Below are positions 26,318 to 39,000 of a DNA stretch of 64,000 nucleotides, in pieces; within the stretch, counting starts at the first letter, position 1; the number at the start of each line of letters is the position of its first letter. The notes under the pieces are model-generated. The model did not search any database, was not told where the DNA came from, and saw only the letters and a program-made list of their open reading frames with translations. Position numbers and translations under genes: made by a program. The stretch comes from Veleropilina oligotropha (taxonomy: Eukaryota): contig JBEUKZ010000008.1 in assembly GCA_048128005.1 (NCBI GenBank), forward strand, positions 372,001-436,000. Direction: 5' to 3'.

Positions 26318-27663
26318 TAATATTTACGAGGCTGCCACAGAAAGTAATGCATTTTAAGCTTTTCTATAAAATTGCACAAGTTTTATTGCGTTGTGTATAG
26401 CCTGTTTCGACAAGCTCCTGAAAAAGAATGGAGAAGAGGCCCCGCATTCTTTTTAAGGAATGGAGAATTGCAAAGACATTCTGCATTTTAAAACACAGCC
26501 AAAAAAACCCATTATACACCATTTCAAGATACAATAGGTTGTTAACAATGATGAGAAGTGTAATAGGTTCTGTGTCAATCATTTTAAATGTCGCTAATGG
26601 ATTCAGTATTTGGACTTCGAACAGGATTTTTACAATCTGGATGTACGTGAAAGCATGGTATTTCACCCTCTTTTTGCAACAACAAGTGATTACAACGATA
26701 CAAAGGATATCTATAAATTGTGCATTATCGTAATAAATGTGTAACAGAGATGTCATTTCACCTGGATATTAACATTCTGGATTTACGTTACGGCATGGTA
26801 GTTCAACCTCTGTTTGCAATCACAAATGATTTGACGATAATACTAAATCTATAAAATGTGCGCTATTGTTACAAATGTGTAACAGATATGTGACTATCGT
26901 ATCATTTGTTAGATTTAAACATTCTGGATTTACTGCACGGAATTGATATCTGATTGCACAACCCATTGTTGTCTTAACAAATTTAAGGAGAACTATTCAA
27001 TATAGCGCTCCATTCCTGAAACATAATGGCGGCTGTGGATTAAAATTATTTTCCCCGCAATTTTTTTTTGCTGAGAATTAATATTAAAATACCGACCGTC
27101 TGCTCTACGTTGTGTTATGATTAATGACAGAGTTATTGCCATTGATATTATTTAAAGCAACAAGATTGCACTTATCCTATTGTAGTTTCAAGAACATACA
27201 GCATATAGTAGTTGTGAATGTGCTATTGCAGCAAACGGTGACGTTGACTTGGCTAATAATTACGTGAGTAGCGATGACTTTGAAAAATTAAAATGTTTCG
27301 CTTAATGATCCTTGTTCATAGCTAAGGTCGCTTTTTGAGCAATCAGTTAAATTGTCAACACGTTACAGAGTCATGTGATAAGAATTTATTGTGGAATATT
27401 TGGCCACAGCGGTAGTCTGGTGGAAAAAGAGCGTCGACTCTCGATTCAGCCGCTTGATAGCTCTGTCCACCAAGAGTGAGTTTAAATCCTCAAGGGGCCG
27501 CTCCAACAGTCGTGTGGTTTTGATTGAAAACTCTGAATATCACTGGCTTGATTCCGCTAACACAAGAAGCAGTGGGTCTCTGTTGGGACATGACATTATT
27601 TGTTCAGTAATGAGGATAACTGCTGGTAACCATATTGGATATTTCTCTGATTCAGTACTTGGA

Positions 27664-27922
27664 GGGAGGGAGGAATGATGCTTAATGTCCTGTATATTTA
27701 CAACATTGAGGTTCAAGGTAGGACATGTCCATGTTATCGCGGGAGGAAACCCCGGTCGCCCGGGTAAACCCGCCCTCTTCGGCCAGTCACGGACAACTGT
27801 GATTCACAACTTGAACAAATGTCAATGCCTCAGCCAGGTATTGAACCCACTACTGTTCGCATTAGCGGAATCAAGCCAGTGAATTTAGAGTGGACACTAC
27901 CCACTGCGCTGCTGAAGCGGCC
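27664..27922 (-). mobile_element. SINE family A copy
   Basis: Near-identical to 1872-2134; 12-bp TSD tcagtacttgga. Confidence 0.85.
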
Positions 27923-29820
27923 TCAGTACTTGGACATCTCAGGAAAACATTTTCCACAGTAACTCCACATCCTCTTGCAGGATCCATTTGCAAACATTCT
28001 TGGCAATAAAGCTCACATTTAGATGCAACTTCATGTAAATTTGTATAGCGAGTGATCTCATTTTGTCATATCTAAATCATGAAAAACACAAGACCTTAAT
28101 TGCCTGCACCTACTATCGGCGGCCACTGGTTTAACGACCACACCAACAGTATTTCAGTCATAAATCGGGTCAATCAACTCGGAATGAAAGCAGCGATGAA
28201 GGGAAATGTCTCTGGCACCCCCGGGAATTGAACCCTGGACCTTAGACCAGCACCGTATCCAATCGACAACGCTGCCTCAGTTCAGTTATGAATCACAGTT
28301 GTCCTTATCGGATAGGAGAGGTTGCCCCTGGTGACCGGGCTTTCCTCCCGCATACTAACATATGTCCTGCTTTGAACCTGATGGTTAGAAATTTACAGGA
28401 CATTAAGCATCGATCCATTCCTTTCAACTTCTTGAATGGAAATTTTGTCCAGTTAACAACAGTTAGAAGCCCATTTCATTTCTCGACCAATGAGAAGGCA
28501 GTATTTTACGCAACTTATTTCTGAAAACGACACTCGTCGGGTCTTTTGTTCGCGATACCCTGTCAATTATTAGAAATAGGGGTGACAGGTTATAATGTTC
28601 ATATGTGTCTTCTTAATATAATGATAAATTAAAGTTACAAAGCAGCTGTACAGGGCTTCAAGCTGATCGTGCGCAATTCATTATTTTCGATATGACGATT
28701 AAAGTGAAGCAAGAAGGCAGAGCAAACGTAACTTAGCATATGCACTAATATCTCTGCGAAGTTTGAACACTCTAGTCAAAGCAGAATAAGAGTTAATTTT
28801 ATTTTATTTTCGAAAAGTTAATTTTTTTTCTAAAATTTAATAAATTTACATTTTTTTCGACAATTTAAATTTTCGAAAAAGGTTGAACAGTCTAATTGAA
28901 GCAGAATAAGAATAATAGCCAATTTAAAAAATATTGAAAATTTTAATTTCTACCCAAGATTTGGACGCCCGATCGAATTTATATAACTTCATCATAGGAC
29001 GTCCATCATATGTAGAAAGTTTCGTCTCCCTGGCTTTGACAGTTTGTGAGATTTTTTTAAAAATTGTTTAAATATTAATTAATTTAAAATAGCGGCCGAA
29101 TGCTAAGGCCTACGACTTCAAAATTTTGCAATGCATATCTATCTACCCTTATGTGCATGCATAATGTGAAAGTTTGAAATGCTGGCAGAAAGTAGTTTTT
29201 CAGTTACAGCTGCCAGGAAAAGAGGGGAGGAAATAAATTCAAGGCATGAAGCCGTAATAACAAGATTTGGAAAAATAACGTCGGAATTTGTAGGATCTGT
29301 AGTAGAGGCAGTTTGATAGCCTCGCTGTACCTAGATCAATTCGTTAGAACGTTTCCAATGAAGTGTAGCACCAACAAACAATGCACTTTTGTCGGTCGGG
29401 GATACCAGATAAATTAATCTTCGTTCATGTATAATTCCCTAAGTATGATATTGTTCTTTCATTTCTTGGACTCTTTCATGCTCCCAGAGCCTATACAATA
29501 CAATCGTACCTTCCTATCGTCGGACATATTCATGACGGAAAGCCTATGACGTATATATGTGTACATGTCAAACGGATCCATCTGAAGCAGACGTCGACGC
29601 ATCCGTTTAATGCATGTATCTTCAGCTTAATAGTTCAACTAAATATTAGTGGTTAGTTGCAGTTGCGTGTATTTCCCTTGATCGCTGCATCGACAAGATG
29701 AAATGAAGTGGCCATGTGTGTTTCGTAGTAAAAGAAGGTACTCGCCACCAATGAACTTTGTGACCAGCTCTGTCATAATCCATTGAGAAATTATCCAATT
29801 AAAATTAGAAAGTCAATAAT

Positions 29821-30686
29821 TAGGGCTGTCACGTTTACACGTTTCGTGTACGTCCGATAAACGTTTACAAACTTCGGCTACCGTTTACACGTAGGATCAC
29901 ATGTTATGACGTAACTAATTTAAATAGTTAAAAGTTGATGACAAATCAGACGGAAGTATTTCATAGTATTGTAGAAATGACCTACTGTCTAACGATAAGT
30001 TTATGTAGATGTAAATGTAGCCTTTGCTAAGTTTACGCTCTAGTGGTAATGTTCGCTGGGGACAGTAAATAGTAAAATACGTGGGTCAAATCAATCCGAA
30101 TATTTACGTGCGTCATTTACGATATAGCATTACAGCGAATTAAGTCCATCTCAGATACATGAAAGCAGTTACAAAACACTCAAATTACTGCAAAATCTTT
30201 ATTTTAAAATCACTTTTAGGTGTCCAAATACCTGTAAGTGTTGCCTTCCGTAGTTAAAATTAAATTGCGTCCATTTTGAATTAGCTACCACTGCTTGACC
30301 TCATTGCGCGGAAATCCGTAATACGGCTCGTGATTGGTTGGCTGGGGGAATCACAGCCGTCACGAATATTTGTATTGGTTATTTCTCAGTACAGCATTGC
30401 AGAGCTATTTTTACATCTTTCATAGCATTACATGACGGCTGTTCGGAAGCGTGATTGCGGTGAGCGGGTTTGTTTGAAAAATGATATTTTTGGCGACTAA
30501 AGGTTCTTGCGGTACGTAATGAACTAAAAGCTTATAAGGTAAATGAATAAACTCAACGTAGCTATGCCTTAAACATACAATACGTCTTATCATTATGTCA
30601 AGTCGATACCTTTTTCGTGCACACGGAATCGTTTAGTGTTCATGGCGCCGTGTACACATTTACAAAATTTGTAAACGTGACCCCTA
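29821..30686. mobile_element. hAT-type MITE
   Basis: TIR tagggctgtcacgtttaca/tgtaaacgtgaccccta; perfect 8-bp TSD tcaataat. Confidence 0.8.
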
Positions 30687-31270
30687 TCAATAATACACAT
30701 GTAGATAATGGTTGATATTAAACACTTTGGTTCACTGTAAAATGACCCAGATATATTATTATTTTTTTTATTGCGCTAATACTAGTAGTGTTGCTGTCGG
30801 TTCCGTTGTGTGCGCAAATCGAATATTGTTGCGTATATAGATTTTTAGTTCGTCGAATGTCGGAAACACATATTTTCTAATCGCCTTCGGCTCATATTAA
30901 ACGAACTAAATCCAACTGGCAAAATATAAAAGTATAATGTATTTTGTACTGTTATGTTGTTATGAAAACGTAAATTTCTATTATTTTATAATAATAAAAG
31001 TAATGTGAAGATTTATCTGAGCTTTCCCACACACGAGATGCGTGCTCAAAGCGCTTACATTATTATTCCCTGGTTATTGGCCTGTTCATTCAATATTCTC
31101 TCTCAACTCTCTTTGAGAGTATTACGGCCAAGTACATGCCTGTTAGGCGCTTGACCAGTCATTCTGACATATTCTACCACTGCCAACCAGGAACCTGGAA
31201 GCATCTTAATGCTGTATAATCTATATCATACTTCTCATCGAATTGTCAAATCAGATTTGTTATATACATG

Positions 31271-32027
31271 GGGTGCGTCTTTTTACTCATATACTCAAAT
31301 ACACTCAAATACACTCAAATAATCGTATATCCAATCACATAAAGTGATATACGCGTACTTAAAAGATGCAAGAATATCAAGTTAACCCCCTACATTAATG
31401 TTTAACATTTTTACTAGAACTTTCGAAATAATAAAATATTTGACAACGAGCCAACGCAACAAGGGAATAGAAGAGCGACATAGTCTCAAATGCATAAATG
31501 GATGAAGACTATGATGATATATAATTCTAAAACTAACTTTTCATTTACTAAATACTATGATATTATGGAGTGCAAACGCGCTTCTAACACAATCATGCCA
31601 TCAGCATTTCTAGTCAGAAAAGGATGCGGAAACAGGGTTAACGAATTAGCAAAACCGGTACAAATGATGATAACCAGTCTTGCTAAATCACCGATTTTAA
31701 TAATTATTTAGCATTTCTGGGTACCAGATATTATATTCAACGCGACTAGGGCTTACTTGCTAACATATGTCGTGAGTTTTACATGTCCAGAATGGACAGC
31801 TGAATTAGATAATTATCGTGTCAGTGATCTCAATTTTATAATCCCCACATCTTTCGCTCGTTGCGTTACATGTATTTTACGTATGTGGGCATATCTTCAC
31901 GATACGATGAACATTTTTCATTTTAGGGAAAACATTTAATACATATGCATCTCCTATGTACATATATATTACCCTATTTTAATAGATTTACGTTTATTTG
32001 AGTGTATTTGAGTAAAAAGACGCACCG
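31271..32027. mobile_element. Mutator-type MITE
   Basis: TIR ggtgcgtctttttactca.../...tgagtaaaaagacgcacc; 9-bp TSD atatacatg. Confidence 0.8.
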
Positions 32028-32741
32028 ATATACATGTACATATGTGTGACCTCATTTGACCATTATAATAATACTCTGCTCTCGGTTATATAACTGGTTT
32101 CCCTAGTGGGCTGAAGTTTACACAAGGAGCACTAAAATTAATCTATACTAATGTTTTAATTATAATTAAATGCCTATTTGATAGATATTTAATTACTCTA
32201 AATGATCTAATTACTCTAAATAACAATCTATTGTAGGGTGTCTGGACAGAATGTTTACTTAGGAGCCGCCAGGATCGCAAATTCTTCCTGCCTTGCAAAC
32301 TGTTTACAAAGAGCAATAAACCTCAAGCATACAACTGACGCTGGCGACCATATAGATCGCCTACTGATAATTAGACACAATAAAAAAGCTAACTCTTGAA
32401 CGGATGGGTCAAATTTCATAAAAATCATAACAAATATTCATTGCAAAGATGTAGACTGTCAGTTAAAATTTCAAATATATGACAACACTATTAGCTGTTT
32501 TATGGCCGTTTTAAAACACGAAAGTTAAAAATGCGTATCATTTAAATACCACAAATTATCAATATTTTATATGCATATTCCGATAGTACACACTCATGAG
32601 ATTAAAATGAATTACGCTTCATTTCATATGAATAAAAATTAAGGGAACTATAGCCATTATAAATTTTAAAATTAAATTGATCATAACCGTTAATGTCAGC
32701 ATATGCTGATTTTCACTTCGAACGGAGCAACAATAAATGAG

Positions 32742-33495
32742 ACTAGAGGTACGATCCTCATACAGGCCCGCCTTTTGGATATATAAATCCATAGAGAGGA
32801 AAATAATCAATAACTCTATATCTTCAAAGTGCACGAAAATGACCTTGACCTTTGACCCAGAGACTCCATTTTTGAACTTAACCAAGGCCTGATGGTATAC
32901 AATGTGCATACCCAAGATGAAAGCTGTAGGTCCAGCGGTTCATCTTCTATGTGACAGAAAGTAATCTTCGAAGTGCCAGAACGGAAATACACGAAAACGA
33001 CCTTGACCTTTGACCCAGCGACCCCATCTTTGAACTTGGGCTAGGCCTGATGGTATACAAGGTGCATACCCAAGATGAAAGCTGTAGGTCCAGCGGTTCA
33101 TCTTCTATGTGACAGAAAGCAATCTTCGAAGTGCCAGAACGAAAATACACGAAAATGACCTTGACCTTTGACCCAGCGACCCCATCTTTGAACTTGGGCT
33201 AGGCCTGATGGTATACAAGGTGCATACCCAAGATGAAAGCTGTAGGTCCAGCGGTTCATCTTCTATGTGACAGAAAGCAATCTTCAAAGTGCCAGACCGG
33301 AAATACACGAAAATGACCTTGACCTTTGACCCAGCGACCCCATCTTTGAACTTGGGCTAGGCCTGATGGTATATAAGATGTATACCAAATATGAAAGGAG
33401 TAAGTCCAGCGGTTCATCTTCTATGTGACAGAAAGCATCAGGCGACGGACGCCAGTACACGGCTATAGCCCTGCCTTTAGAAGGCGGGCCAAAAA
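32742..33495 (-). mobile_element. HINE-like element with about 4 x 158-bp tandem units (tgaccttgacctttgaccc)
   Basis: subTIR ggcccgcc/ggcgggcc; 158-bp periodicity is also seen in the duplicated ORFs. Confidence 0.65.
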
Positions 33496-36046
33496 CTACG
33501 TTCGAATTATTTTAATTAATTCAAAATTACGGCATTACCATGAGACGAACCAACGATCTATATGCAACAAACATAACTTAACATAAGCATCAACCCTCCC
33601 AGTCAACATTGAAACGATTCGATAAAGCCGAATAAGATTTATAGTCAATATAAAAAAAGTAAAAAGTTCAATTTTTTATGAAGATTGAAATAGCCGTAGC
33701 CACATTATTTTACGTCCGATGAAATTTTCCTGTGCAAATATATTTCTTCATATTGTCTAGGTAATATATCCTGATCGGCGCCTCGATCTGTTCGGCGGTT
33801 TCGGGGAAGATTTTTTAAAAAGAGGTCCATTTTTTTTAAATACAAGATATCATCCAAACCGCAATTCCTAGGAAGTCAATTTTGCACGAGTTCCCTATTA
33901 TCTGTCCACTTCTAAATTTTGAAATGGATCACATTAGTAGTTTCAGAAATACCTAAGGAACAAACAATCACAAAATAATAATAATAATAATTCCTTGCAT
34001 TACAATAGGGCTTCAGCCTTTTCAAGGTTTGAAGCCCTAATAAAGCAAATTATTAGTAATGAATATATGTTTCGATAAAATAAACAGTTTGTCAAATTTG
34101 ACAATAAGAATTAATTTGTGTGGAGAAATGAAATGGAGCTTCTAAGTCGGCAGATTGAAGAACCTTATCAAAAAGTAGGCTCGTCCTACGGACTTGCCTC
34201 CTATTTTGATAAGATTCTCCAATCCGCCATCTAACCTATACTTAGTTGTCCATAACAGTTACTCGCCAGTTTTTCCCACATGACTGGGATTCCCTCCCGT
34301 TATAATTAAATATGGACTTGTACTGGTATGAAACTGAGGGTTGTTATAATGGGACATTAAATATCGATCATTTGATTTGAATCGGTTTAGATTTACGACC
34401 ACACTATCAATTTTTTCAGTTGTGTTTGCAGTCTGGCCCCGATTTACATCACTGTCCTATAGATGGATACTGTGTCACAGTGTGCAATGAAGACACGTTA
34501 CCTGTGGAAACTTCTTAAAACTATTATAAATAAAATGGCTAAAAAAACTCTGTCACCCATCCTTCAAATGAGATGTTAAACAGAGATTCTGACTACAAAT
34601 ACGACTGAAAAATTGTCAACATTGTCGTACACACCATGGGTTCGTTATGCGAACAATAAGCCTCCTAGTGTTAATTGATCCATTGTTTCAAGACAATGGT
34701 TAACTCGGCTAGCTGGCCAGACTAAATTGAGTGACAATATATTTGACAAGTTTCCAATGGAAGTGTCGCCTCATATCATGCTCTAGAAGGCGATATGGTG
34801 GGCAATGGAAGAGTCTACTCTCATATCATGCTCTAGAGGCGATATGGTGGGCAATGCAATGTTTTAAGGGGTTACAGCTTGCAATTTACAATAGATTTCC
34901 ACATTGTGTATAACAGATAATACAGCTGCCACCCCTCAGCGTTATAAACATACCAGCCCCGTTCTGTTATATGTTTATAGCGCTTGGGTTGACAGTGTAT
35001 TATCTATTACGTAAAACTAAACTGATCTCCTCATAAAACAGTTCAGTCGTGGTCATGTAGAAGTGTGACATGGCAGCCTCAAAATTCTTAATACGTTTTA
35101 TGAGAAGAAAGAAACACAGGGAAATACTTGTAGTTTGTAATAAAGCTACCATGCATGTAATACACCCACCAATGTACATTTTTGTGGATCTTGCACAAAT
35201 AAATTAAAATACAGGAGTTTGCATGGAAATATAAAAAAATATATAAAACTCTAGCATCACGCTAACAATATATACATCACGTTACAGACACTCTTGGAAG
35301 ACGATATACATAAAACAACTGACCAGATCGGTGTCGATGAGCGGAATATATATAAAGACAATACATGCACTATTTGAAATAAAATCTTGGATCAATGCGT
35401 TTTCGTACACATAATTTTATCAACATAATTAACAATACAGACTTTTTCACAGGCCTCTACAATCACACCAATGACGTAGCCAAAGTTCCATACATCATCA
35501 GTGGCTTAGCTTCAGGAATGTTTTCTAATATGGATCAAATATTGTTTGAAGCTGATGCTGCAATATGCCTGGTATAATAATTATAATACATGCCCTTTTA
35601 TGTATTATAATTGCAAGTCAGCTAATCTGGATTAGATTTCACACAAACAATGTTCTAAGACCACAGTCATCACATAGGTCGTTGCAGACATGTCGGATTG
35701 CACGTGAGAGGCATTAGCGAGGACAAATTGGAATAACGCATGCAACTCATTGATTTAAAACAAAATTTTGTCATAAGTTGAAATTAAGCTTCCAAAATGT
35801 TACAATCTGCGGTGACATGTTGATCACTTGCTTTCCTGTCAAATATCTATAGACGTCACACCGTTGCGGTCATGGTTTTGCACATCATGATATGGATATA
35901 CGATTAAATTCATGTACAGTCTATTTATTTACAAGTGTACAAAAATATTTAAATGCATTTGTAAAGCCAATTTTTCAATCGTGATCAATATCAGTTTGAA
36001 GAAGAGCACAACCCTGATTATCTGCAATCATAGTACCAGAGTAACA

Positions 36047-36056
36047 TCATACTTCC
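36047..36056 (-). CDS. PLEKHG5: PLEKHG5 terminal coding exon (adds E-V-stop; PDZ ligand SEV)
   Basis: ttttttctttccag|g gaa gta tga completes ...LESSEV*. Confidence 0.8.
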
Positions 36057-39000
36057 CTGGAAAGAAAAAAAGTACATTATTAGAAATATTTTTAATTGGA
36101 AGAGCTGCGCAAATGAAATAATCATTAATACCATATTTCAGTTTTAATAGGAATAAACATAACATGTCCAAAAATATTTTTGCAATTACATGTAGTCATC
36201 AAGGTTCACCAGTTATAAATTGCATGTTTAAGACTTTGACCTTGTAAATTATTTGTGACGCAACCAAATTATAGGAAATAGGCACGAGGAATTTTCAACT
36301 TAATTTTCAGTTTATACAATGATCAATTCGAGATATGTCCTGGAAATATGTTTTAGAGCATTTTCACATTTTTAAGCCCAACATTTAACTATTTCGATCA
36401 GGGGCGAGGACAAAGGACTTTGTAAATCTAACTCTAGTACATGTATACGATTCATTCTGGAATCATTTTGACCCTGATTTAACGATTTCATATATACTTG
36501 GGCGATCAATTATATATCATACAAATTTGGTACAATTCCTTAACATATTTTCATTAAGTAAGAAACAAACCCTCTGACAAGATTAAAAAAAAAAAACATC
36601 TCCTTGGAAAGATGAGCATAACCGTGCCAATTACATCATTTATACTTACGAACTCTCCAACTTGGTTGTACTCAATATGAATGACTTCTTTATATGCATT
36701 CTGTATGCGGCTGGGGTCAGCTTTAGTCTCTGTTCGGAATGAGGGAGGTTTACCGATGCTATACCGTCCCTCACCGGAGTAACATTTACATCGATTAAAT
36801 TCAAACTGCTGGGCATGGATTTCGATTTCATCTTTGATTCGGGCTTTATTTTCTCTTGCAAGTTGTCGTCGTCGTCGTCGGATTGGCTACCAATGTCACT
36901 TGCATGATAACTTTTTTGGTCCACAGATATGTTTAGGTCTTCCATATTCTCAATAAATTCTTGCTCTGGATTTTGATGCAAGGATGCGTTTGAACTGACA
37001 CCACTCGAACTGTAAATACTGTGTGTCTGCAGTGAATCGCAGCTGATCGTCTTGTCTCTTAGAGAGGGAGGCGTCCCATGCTTTTCAGGGTTCCAAGAAT
37101 ATCGCTTTTGAATCGACGCGTCCCTTTCCTTGCGACTGAGATCATGTATGGCATCCGCCGTGTGATACCTCTTTTCGTGTCGCGAACTCCTTCGCTGGCT
37201 GCTTTTCACTTTGCTAAGATCATCCTCCCCGCTATTGTAGCCATTCTCCACCGAAAATGGACTAGAATGTGTCATCCCGGCAGGAGTAACAGTGTCTTTA
37301 TTTGTTTCTTCGTTGTATTGAAGTGATTTTTCCGAGGTCGTATCGTTTCTGCTCAAATCTGGTGAGGCTCCGTTGTCGTTCGAAGCCTTTCTGCAGACGA
37401 ACGGCGACGATTCGCTGCTGCTCAGGAAGACGTTGCTGTCCCTGTTGCTCCCTGTTACTGTCCTTTTATTGTCGCTTGGAGATTGCAGTTCCTCCTCGTG
37501 CTTTGCATCGTCAGACAGGAACTCGACCGTGCCGTTTCCAATGTTGGGGACGAATCTGTCGTCTGTTGAGCTGGAGCTAGGGGACCGCGAGAGGTTGTAA
37601 GACGATTGGGAAAGAGGCGGCGCAGCTAGGGGCATCATGGGAGTATACTGGATCACCTCCGCTGGGCGAGTGATTCCCGTCGACAGACCAAACTGAGGCT
37701 GCCGGGTGCGAGCTTCCTTGTACAATTCCTAAAACGTAAGAAGAGAATAACAATCAAGAACTTGTAAAGATAAAGGGGTGTATTAAAATCTTTTACCATA
37801 AACATATCATAATGCATACATAAAGGAAATATACATCAAGAACTCGTAAAGATAAAGGAGTGTATTAAAATCTATTGCCATAAACATATCAAAATGCATA
37901 CATAAAGGAAATATGCAGGAAATATACATGTCACCTTGTAATATGGGCCATTTGCAGTTATGTATATTAGTATTCAAGAGGCATTAGGGTCAGGGTAATA
38001 GTATATAGTGGAAAGGATCGATGCTTAATGTCCTGTATATTTCCAACCATCAATTGGTCATATTAATAGCAGGACATGTCCATATTATCGGTCGTGGAAA
38101 CGCACCCTCTTCGACCAGTTACGGACAAATGTGATTCATAACTTGAACAAATGTGTGCTGCTCCTGCCAAGGTTTGAACCCACTACTGTTCGCGTCAGTG
38201 GAATCAAGTCAGTGATTTTTTGGAGTCCACAACCGATACCACACGACTGTCGAAATGACGTTCAATAAAGGAATCTCAATATTACAAGTGCCTGCTTACG
38301 GTATACAGGCATGTGACCTTGAAAAATAGGTCATGGTTGCCCATCTTTGAACTGACTGAGGCATTGACATTTGTTCACGTTATGAATCACAGTTGTCCGC
38401 GACCGGGGTTTCCTCCCGCGATAACACAGACATGTCCTGCTTTGAACCTCGATGTTGTAAATATACAGGACATTAAGCTTCATTCCTCTTCCTCCACATC
38501 ACGAGATTCTACAATCGTTTAAGACAATTATAGTCCATGAAATCCAAAGCTTATACCGCATGTGGTGACCTAGACCTAGTAACTATTAAAACTGTTACCT
38601 TAGCTTTTTGAATCATGTCTATCCAGCAGCTACATGCGCCTGGATCGGTGTGGAACGTCAATGCAACTACGGGAACGTGATACTCATTCATAGAAATTAA
38701 CATGAAGCTGCCTGCAATGAATATTGTCAATAATTAAATAAATTATTAAATTAAAATTCATGACACTATCAACAGACACCAACAATATATAATACTTGTA
38801 TATGCACACGTCAACCAGAGTCCCTTTAAATTATCAGGTGAAATTGGCCCGCTTAGATTGCCTAACCGATATTCTTAGGTGGTTATGGACTGGTGTGGTC
38901 GAATATCTAAGGTGGTTATGCCCTGGTGGTGTGACCCATAATCAAGGGCAGTTATGCCCTGGTGGTGTGACTCATAATCAAGGGCAGTTATGCCCTGGTG

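Noticed and set aside
26364..26756. Overlapping 130-aa and 101-aa ORFs
   Set aside because: AT-rich intergenic sequence with no domain motifs or splice context.
36646..37725. Stand-alone 359-aa gene
   Set aside because: It has a TTG start preceded by a splice acceptor and is the penultimate PLEKHG5 exon.
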